Origin: a virus
Lineage: Duplodnaviria; Caudoviricetes
Reading direction: 5' to 3' (one strand)
IMG/VR virus record: IMGVR_UViG_3300027566_000007
Coordinates: 9,341 to 73,340 of that record
Length of the DNA: 64,000 nucleotides
Positions 57,904 through 64,000 of the stretch are shown piece by piece. Made by a program: the position numbers and the translations under genes. How positions within the stretch are numbered: the first letter of the stretch is position 1; every line of letters starts with the position of its first letter. A model generated the notes under the pieces. The model had not been told where the DNA came from. It did not search any database and saw nothing but the letters and a program-made list of their open reading frames with translations.

Positions 57904-58866
57904 ATGACAGTATCAGCACCAAACGAGGAATTTCTTACAAAAAGGTTTGTCGTTCCTTACATGTTCGAAATTATGAACCCCATGCTTGCATGGACGGACA
58001 TGTTCCCAATGGTTCGATCAACGGCTCCGGTTGTTGGTTACAAACAGGAAACCGTTTCAGATTCGACGGACACCAAGAAACAGAAACCAAAAATCAAAAC
58101 AACTACAGGCCAGTGGACTTATGTGAACATTTCACAGTTCACAATGAAATCAGCTATCCTGAACAAAAAGGGTTTTGCAATCAAGATTGACCCGGATGCC
58201 CTCGACTACACCGAGGGAGTAGACGAAATTCAAAGGGCTTTCCGGAAAACAGCTTTCTGGATTGCTGAAGATTTTAACGACAGGATTTCTGATGAAATCA
58301 CGGCTTCAGCCACTGCACTTTCTACAGATTGGACTCCTTCTGCAGTATGGTCTGATCCAAACGCAACCCCAATTGCTGACCTCGAAGACCTGGAAGACTG
58401 CTTCATCCGTGAAGGGTATCCGTATAGACTCACAGATGTCTATGTGCACAAAACCAATTTCAAGGAATTCAAAAAGTATCTTACCAGCATAGATATCGGA
58501 GACTTCAAACAGCAGAACCTATATGGAGTTCCAAACAACGGTAAGATGGACTCAATTGACGTTCCAGTAGTGGGTACAACTGTTCACAGACTTCTTTCAG
58601 GTGTTTCAGAGGGGTCTATTGTTGCGATGGACCGCAATAACCCTGGACTGTCGGTGTTCTACAATCCAAGTCGCCGGTACTCTGTCATGAACGGCAACTA
58701 CAATACCATAGCAAACGGGCAGAAAATAAGCAAGTCGCTTGCATATGGTTTTAACTACAACCGGTACACCGACCAGGAAACTCACGAAGAAGTAATACAG
58801 CTCTGGTATGATAACGTACCTGTCACACTTGAGCCGTATGCAATCGCAACCGATCAAGGGATTTAA
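57904..58866 (+). CDS. Major capsid protein (HK97 fold)
   Basis: 320 aa; KKGFAIKI, WSDPNATPIADL and RLTDVYVH patterns; strong GGAGGGG RBS; canonical position. Confidence 0.8.
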   Translation: MTVSAPNEEFLTKRFVVPYMFEIMNPMLAWTDMFPMVRSTAPVVGYKQETVSDSTDTKKQKPKIKTTTGQWTYVNISQFTMKSAILNKKGFAIKIDPDALDYTEGVDEIQRAFRKTAFWIAEDFNDRISDEITASATALSTDWTPSAVWSDPNATPIADLEDLEDCFIREGYPYRLTDVYVHKTNFKEFKKYLTSIDIGDFKQQNLYGVPNNGKMDSIDVPVVGTTVHRLLSGVSEGSIVAMDRNNPGLSVFYNPSRRYSVMNGNYNTIANGQKISKSLAYGFNYNRYTDQETHEEVIQLWYDNVPVTLEPYAIATDQGI

Positions 58867-58920
58867 TTCCCTTCTTTTTTTTGGACTACCCTAGTACACA
58901 ACATCAAGGAGTTTTTTCAC

Positions 58921-59427
58921 ATGACATATACTTCACCCGGAGCCTCAACCTTTCGAAGCAAAGCCGGCTCATTAGCCGAAAAAATAACTTACGAACTTGG
59001 ACTTATCGACACTGAACTTGACGCCGCAAAAATTAAAATATGGGATCTAACGGCCTCAATGGTTTCAAGCACATCCTTAGCAGCAAACGGCGCAGATCTC
59101 GCAAGCGGGACAAATGCAACATATTACGCGGTTTTTTGCGCTCCTGTAGATATCCACGTTGTCTCAATGGATGATTTTCTTACCGAAGCTTATGTTAAAG
59201 ACACGAGCGACGCTAAAATTGAGATTGTGACTGAAGCTTCGAGCCCTGTAACTATAGCAACTCGTACACTCACGGCTGCAGGGGAAGCGGTCAAAACTAA
59301 ACATTCGACCACGCCAGCAGTTACAGCGGTTACAGCAGGCACAATACTTAATCTGAAAATAACAGCGTCAGCATCTAGCACCGGGACTGGGCATGCTAAA
59401 GTTTTTATGAGATATACAGTTGATTAA
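58921..59427 (+). CDS. Minor virion protein (jelly-roll-like)
   Basis: Follows the MCP; Ala/Thr-rich beta pattern. Confidence 0.5.
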   Translation: MTYTSPGASTFRSKAGSLAEKITYELGLIDTELDAAKIKIWDLTASMVSSTSLAANGADLASGTNATYYAVFCAPVDIHVVSMDDFLTEAYVKDTSDAKIEIVTEASSPVTIATRTLTAAGEAVKTKHSTTPAVTAVTAGTILNLKITASASSTGTGHAKVFMRYTVD

Positions 59428-59441
59428 GGAGGGGGTTAGCT

Positions 59442-59750
59442 ATCGTAGTAATAACCGGCTATACCTTCAATGCAACTGCAAAACAAATAACAATAACCCA
59501 GGATGGTTATACAGACACTCCTTTCGAAAAAATAGTTTCTATCTTCAACGCTTCAAGAGGCAACTGGTTGTATAATACCGGAATCCAACAGTATGGGGCG
59601 GTTTCTACGTCACTCACTAAATTTTATCCTCTTCAGAGTGTCGTAGATGGGGTAATCACTTATACTGCTCCAAATGCTCAGGGGACTACTAATGATGACA
59701 AATTGATTATCACAATCGCGGTCAATATCATTGATGGAGGCACGCCATAA
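59442..59750 (+). CDS. Virion protein with apparent ATC start (102 aa)
   Basis: TAAGGAGGGGGTTAGCT-ATC leader mirrors the MCP leader; in frame with ORF-track 59568..59750; YTFNATAKQITI resembles phage fibre N-termini. Confidence 0.55.
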   Translation: MVVITGYTFNATAKQITITQDGYTDTPFEKIVSIFNASRGNWLYNTGIQQYGAVSTSLTKFYPLQSVVDGVITYTAPNAQGTTNDDKLIITIAVNIIDGGTP

Positions 59751-61937
59751 ATGCCACGCGAAGACTTTGTTCTGCCTAGAGGCGGGACTGCGGCGTTATG
59801 GGCATCGAGAAATACGGTGTTAGCTCTCAGGGAACTAGGGGTAGAAACTGATACTAAAAAGATGAAGATCGGCGACGGTGTAACACATTGGAATGATCTT
59901 CCGTATATAACTGGGCCTGTTGACGGTGACAATGTTGATCTCCAAGTGAAAAGAGACACAGATGTGAATTTATCAGCTTTGACAACTCCGTTTTTAAGCG
60001 GGCAGCTTGTTTATGGTCAAACTACTGGAAAAACTGTAATAGGTGATGGGGAGTCTTTATTTGATGAGTTGCCAGATTTGAGGAAGCAGTTTCAGAATGT
60101 TGTAACTGTGAGTAAGAGTGGGAAGAAGGGGAGTGCTGATTTTATATGTTCTGATTCACAGTGGAATTCTGATGATGAGTGTATACAGGCGGCGATTGAT
60201 TATTGCGCTACACATAGTATCAAAGAATTGTGGATTAATGAGGGGTATTATATAATAAATGCTCAACTTACAGGATCATCTGATATTAATATTAAAGGTG
60301 TTGGGGACGTAACTCTATTTTCAAATTCACTAGCTTCAGATTTAATTTCATTATCGGGTTCTGTTTTAAAAACAGTAACCGGATCAGATGTTGCGGTTGG
60401 CGCAACATCAATTATGGTATCAGACGTTACGGGGATTAATCCAGGGGATCTTATCTTAATTTATGATGATACCATATGGGACGATGGATCAACTTACGCT
60501 AGTCTGAAAACCGGGGAAATACACGAGGTATTAAGTGTTTCTGGCAGCACTGTTAATTTTATAGACGGGTTAATTAATGCGTATACCGCTGTAAACAATC
60601 TCTCCGTACAAGTCATTAATCCAATTCGTGTTAATATCGAAAATATCAAATTTTTGGGATCTTCTGAGACCACAGCGAATGGGCTTGTTTCGCTCACGTA
60701 TGCTAAATATAGTATAATTTCTGAGTGTATATTGGATAAAGGCGGCCTGCGTGGATTGCATATAAACAATTCATATTTTGTATCCGCTGAAAAACTCAAA
60801 ATTTCAAACTGTATCAGAGACGGGTATGGATATGGGATATCGATATCTAATGCATGTGCACACGTCGGTATACAAAAATCGAAATTAGATATGTGTAGAC
60901 ATTGTATATCGCTAGGTGGGGATGAATCTATCGGGCAAGCGCGAGACATACACATTTATAATAATGAAGTGTATGGAAATGGGTTATATCACACAATTGA
61001 CGCTCACGCATGTGTAGAATCGATATATGTTAATAATAATATAATTCATGCTAATAAAAAATCCGCATTCACAAGCGGTGCAAAAATTTCTGAATTTAAA
61101 AATAATAGGGTGTATAATGGTATAGCTGTATCCGTGAGAGACACAACTAAAAATATGGTATTTTTAGTTGATAGCAATTCTCTGTTTTCATGTTGGTATG
61201 GTTTTAGCGATACCACAGAAGGTGCAACTATAAAATATTTGTCATTCTCAAATAATGATATCATAGATGGGTTGTACTACATGTTATACGTTACCCATGC
61301 AAGTATTATAAACATTGTAAATAATAATATAAATAAATCAACAGAACTGTATGGTATACGTGTTCATTCGGCGACGGGTGGAAAAATACAAAACAATATA
61401 ATTCAAAATACGTTTAGAGACGGGATATATTTAATCGATTGCTCAAACATCACCCTATCTAACAATGTTATTGAAAATAGCAATGGGTCAAACACGGCAG
61501 GACAATTATATGAATCAGGTATTGCACTAACACGCTGTACAAATTTAAAAATATTTAATAATGATGTAAGCGATGCATTTGGTAAACAGAGATACGCAAT
61601 CGCTGAATATGATACTTGTAATAACAATAAAATTAAAAATAATACGGTTAGCGGGGCAATAATAAAACAGATTCTCAAAGTCGGAGCAGCAACAGTTATT
61701 TTTAATAACGACGGGTATATCACAGAAAACACCGGCACAGCAACAATTACCACCTCCTCAACCTCTGTAGTAGTCAGTCACGGTTTAGTAGCAGCCCCCA
61801 CAAAATATTTTGCATTCCCATCAGCAAATTTGGGTAACTGTTGGATTGATACTGTAACAGCTACACAAATGACTATTCACTGTTCAACTGCACCAGGAGC
61901 AGATACAGTAGTAAGTTGGTCTGCGCAGGTGGTTTAA
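59751..61937 (+). CDS. Spike/fibre: two Mtd-N-like repeats plus pectate-lyase-like beta-helix
   Basis: W...N.VL...ELGVETDTKKMKIGDGVTHWNDLPY and a second IGDG...F.ELP; DDECIQAAID; beta-helix rungs; C-terminal V.HGL..AP...VSW.A. Confidence 0.75.
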   Translation: MPREDFVLPRGGTAALWASRNTVLALRELGVETDTKKMKIGDGVTHWNDLPYITGPVDGDNVDLQVKRDTDVNLSALTTPFLSGQLVYGQTTGKTVIGDGESLFDELPDLRKQFQNVVTVSKSGKKGSADFICSDSQWNSDDECIQAAIDYCATHSIKELWINEGYYIINAQLTGSSDINIKGVGDVTLFSNSLASDLISLSGSVLKTVTGSDVAVGATSIMVSDVTGINPGDLILIYDDTIWDDGSTYASLKTGEIHEVLSVSGSTVNFIDGLINAYTAVNNLSVQVINPIRVNIENIKFLGSSETTANGLVSLTYAKYSIISECILDKGGLRGLHINNSYFVSAEKLKISNCIRDGYGYGISISNACAHVGIQKSKLDMCRHCISLGGDESIGQARDIHIYNNEVYGNGLYHTIDAHACVESIYVNNNIIHANKKSAFTSGAKISEFKNNRVYNGIAVSVRDTTKNMVFLVDSNSLFSCWYGFSDTTEGATIKYLSFSNNDIIDGLYYMLYVTHASIINIVNNNINKSTELYGIRVHSATGGKIQNNIIQNTFRDGIYLIDCSNITLSNNVIENSNGSNTAGQLYESGIALTRCTNLKIFNNDVSDAFGKQRYAIAEYDTCNNNKIKNNTVSGAIIKQILKVGAATVIFNNDGYITENTGTATITTSSTSVVVSHGLVAAPTKYFAFPSANLGNCWIDTVTATQMTIHCSTAPGADTVVSWSAQVV

Positions 61938-62191
61938 TCCACAACTCTCTTAATTTTTTAATCACTAAATCTTATATACTTCTCACGAAATAGTATTAAG
62001 TATGAATCATACCAAGCACCGCCTATGCACGAAATATAGAGAAACGGGGGAAATTTGTACAAACCGTTGCCCCGAAAGACAGGCTTGTAATATCCCCAAA
62101 AGCCCTTTATTAACTGAATCGGTTGCTATTTTATCCTCTGAATATGAAAAAGAGGAAGTTTTTGGTATACATATAACGTCTTTTATACCAT

Positions 62192-62785
62192 ATGGATTTT
62201 CACCGGAGGCGTGCGAAAGTGAATTCATCAGCAACGACTCCTAAAACTGATATTACCTGTTCAAATCCACGATGCTCTCAAAAAATAACAATAACAGTTG
62301 AACAAAAAATAGAGTTATTAGAAGAGAACTTCCTAAAATATGGTAAAATCTCACTAATCTATTGTTGCAAAGCCTGCCAAGACGAACATTTACAAAAACT
62401 TAGCGAGTCTAAGTTTGTACGAAAAGGGACTTTAAAAAATCACGAATATGCATTAATAGTCCACGACGCAGATGTAACAAAAAGACAGAAGGGGCGAGAA
62501 GTTCATTTAATTACTGGAAACATTAGGGAGTTGAGGGCAAGCGTTCTAAGGGAAAAATTAAGCTCAGTAATTCCACGCGATAAAAGAAAATACATGACAT
62601 CTAAAGAAGTTCAAGACTTCTTTATAAAAGACACTTCTGGGAAATTAAAGGCTAATTCTAACTCTGCGGCGACTGTTGCCTGGAGAACTATGAATAAATG
62701 TGAAAAGATGTTCCCGCTAGAGGTTTCAATTTTTGAACTCAATGAGAAAGATAGAGGAATCGAGTACATAAAAAGAGAATTATAA
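62192..62785 (+). CDS. Zinc finger plus putative DNA-binding domain, paralog of 23984..24577 (start probably about 62210)
   Basis: CSNPRC...YCCKAC; shared C-terminal motifs. Confidence 0.6.
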   Translation: MDFHRRRAKVNSSATTPKTDITCSNPRCSQKITITVEQKIELLEENFLKYGKISLIYCCKACQDEHLQKLSESKFVRKGTLKNHEYALIVHDADVTKRQKGREVHLITGNIRELRASVLREKLSSVIPRDKRKYMTSKEVQDFFIKDTSGKLKANSNSAATVAWRTMNKCEKMFPLEVSIFELNEKDRGIEYIKREL

Positions 62786-62787
62786 AA

Positions 62788-62832
62788 ATGTTATTACATG
62801 GGTGTAATTAGATGTTATTACACCTATGTAAT
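62788..62832. repeat. Tandem palindromic repeat (ATGTTATTACA-N4-TGTAAT x2)
   Basis: ATGTTATTACA at 62788 and 62812; TGTAAT at 62803 and 62827. Confidence 0.75.
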
Positions 62833-63104
62833 CAAGTATATAAAGTAACGTTTTATAATTAGTCTGTTTTGATTATTTACCCACGAGAAGGGTGAAAGAT
62901 ATATTAATCTACGAGTTTTGACACTTTAAATATTGAGATTTCAAGGTCTAGGTAAAAAATCTGCTAACATTTCTCAGGATAATTCTTTGAGTGTTAAGCT
63001 ATGATTCACATTATGGATTTTTCCTTATAACCCTGACCGGCTTTTTTTCTACTATGGTAGTGTGTTCTGTAGCTTACGTTAGATCCTTCATTCATTCTGA
63101 AAAA

Positions 63105-63464
63105 ATGACGGATGATGATATACAAGATATTATAACTAACACTACGGAAGACATTCTAAATATATGTGGAGTAACTGACTCTACGATCCCTGATATTACA
63201 ATGGCTATAAGGTACACGGTCTTAGCGAACACACTTATCTATCTCAAAACCACAGGGGAGCTTGCTCCGACAATAAAAGTAGGAAACGGACAACGGCAGA
63301 ACACACCAGATAAAGATATTGAAAAGTATCAAAAGTTAGCAGACGAACTCACACAGCCATATATCAATGTCAAAAAATCTTCTTTTGAATCAACATTTTC
63401 AAGTCCTTCCTACGTCGTAAGTTTCTCAGATACGTGTAACGGGGGCAGACATGGGCGTTATTGA
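63105..63464 (+). CDS. Head-tail connector (gp6/gp15-like)
   Basis: Size and position; AI.Y.V.A...IK.G......DI..Y...A pattern (ORF track starts at 62991). Confidence 0.6.
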   Translation: MTDDDIQDIITNTTEDILNICGVTDSTIPDITMAIRYTVLANTLIYLKTTGELAPTIKVGNGQRQNTPDKDIEKYQKLADELTQPYINVKKSSFESTFSSPSYVVSFSDTCNGGRHGRY

Positions 63465-63816
63465 TTTCACGTTTGTGCATGCCTGCCAGATCCTCCGTGA
63501 TACCGGGACTACTCAGAATCCAGCAGGGTCTTTAATCCCTAACATAGTGACTACTAATAGCAGTTGCCTTTTTTCCAATGTTAGCACTTCTGGAAACCAC
63601 ATTTTGGATACGGAAGCTGGTAAGGTTATAGTTTCGTCAACTATGGTTTTTCTGCCTGCTAATACGACTGTCCAAGAAGGGGATTTCATTTCCACAGCTG
63701 AGCCACATTTTGCAGGGAAATATGAAGTTCAAAAAGTGGACGCTCCTGAAATTCTAGGGGCTGATGCCGTCGACCATCTCGAAGTCTATTTAAAAGAGGT
63801 GGCAAAACGTGGCTGA
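63451..63816 (+). CDS. Head closure/stopper protein (gp7/gp16-like)
   Basis: VFLPANTTVQEGDFI....KYEV..V......DHLEV.LKEV. Confidence 0.7.
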   Translation: MGVIDFTFVHACQILRDTGTTQNPAGSLIPNIVTTNSSCLFSNVSTSGNHILDTEAGKVIVSSTMVFLPANTTVQEGDFISTAEPHFAGKYEVQKVDAPEILGADAVDHLEVYLKEVAKRG

Positions 63817-64000
63817 AGGTATCAAAATCGAGATAAAAGGCATCAAAGAACTTCAGAACACGTTCAAACTCATCTCAAAAGACATTGAAGACATTGCAGC
63901 ACAAGCCGTAGAAGAAGGCGGTGAGGTTGTAAAAACCGCATCAACCGGTCATGTTCATGTAGTAACCGGCTGGCTAAGAAGTCACATCGGTATACTTCAC
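63809..64000 (+). CDS. HK97 gp10-like tail completion protein (truncated by window end)
   Basis: GTG start; IEIKGIKELQNTF...A...P/HVVTG.LRSHI. Confidence 0.7.
   Translation, partial: MAEGIKIEIKGIKELQNTFKLISKDIEDIAAQAVEEGGEVVKTASTGHVHVVTGWLRSHIGILH

Overview
This window is about 64 kb of a tailed, HK97-type (Caudoviricetes) archaeal temperate virus. A Methanosarcina-like host is inferred from the gene families, the BRE/TATA promoters and the GGAGG/GGTGA ribosome-binding sites. No host housekeeping genes, rRNA or CRISPR array are visible. Left to right: distal tail and receptor-binding genes (including a GH123-like enzyme and a beta-helix protein), an opposite-strand accessory cassette, a lipoprotein, a candidate lysis cassette, a tyrosine integrase, a divergent ribbon-helix-helix (RHH) switch, a 1.25-kb non-coding array of tRNA-like elements, recombination/replication genes, terS-terL-portal, and a head module split by large accessory blocks. 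One of those blocks carries a VirB2/VirB6/VirB3/VirB4-like conjugation-type cluster. Then come scaffold, decoration protein, major capsid protein, a spike and head-tail genes that run off the right edge. Viral genes lie on both sides of the integrase, so this looks like a circularly permuted, non-integrated genome larger than 64 kb. The strongest novelty candidate is 17460-18710. It holds 6-7 elements that keep the acceptor stem plus T-arm of tRNA, but the anticodon arm is deleted, enlarged or replaced by a long C/A-rich insert, and GC-rich hairpins bracket the elements. Other highlights are the conjugation-like module inside a head-tail virus, a possible methanochondroitin-degrading enzyme set, a recurring late-gene motif, paralogous genes each followed by their own repeat array, and two genes that appear to start at near-cognate codons (ATA, ATC). 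All functional calls come from motifs read by eye; no database search was run.
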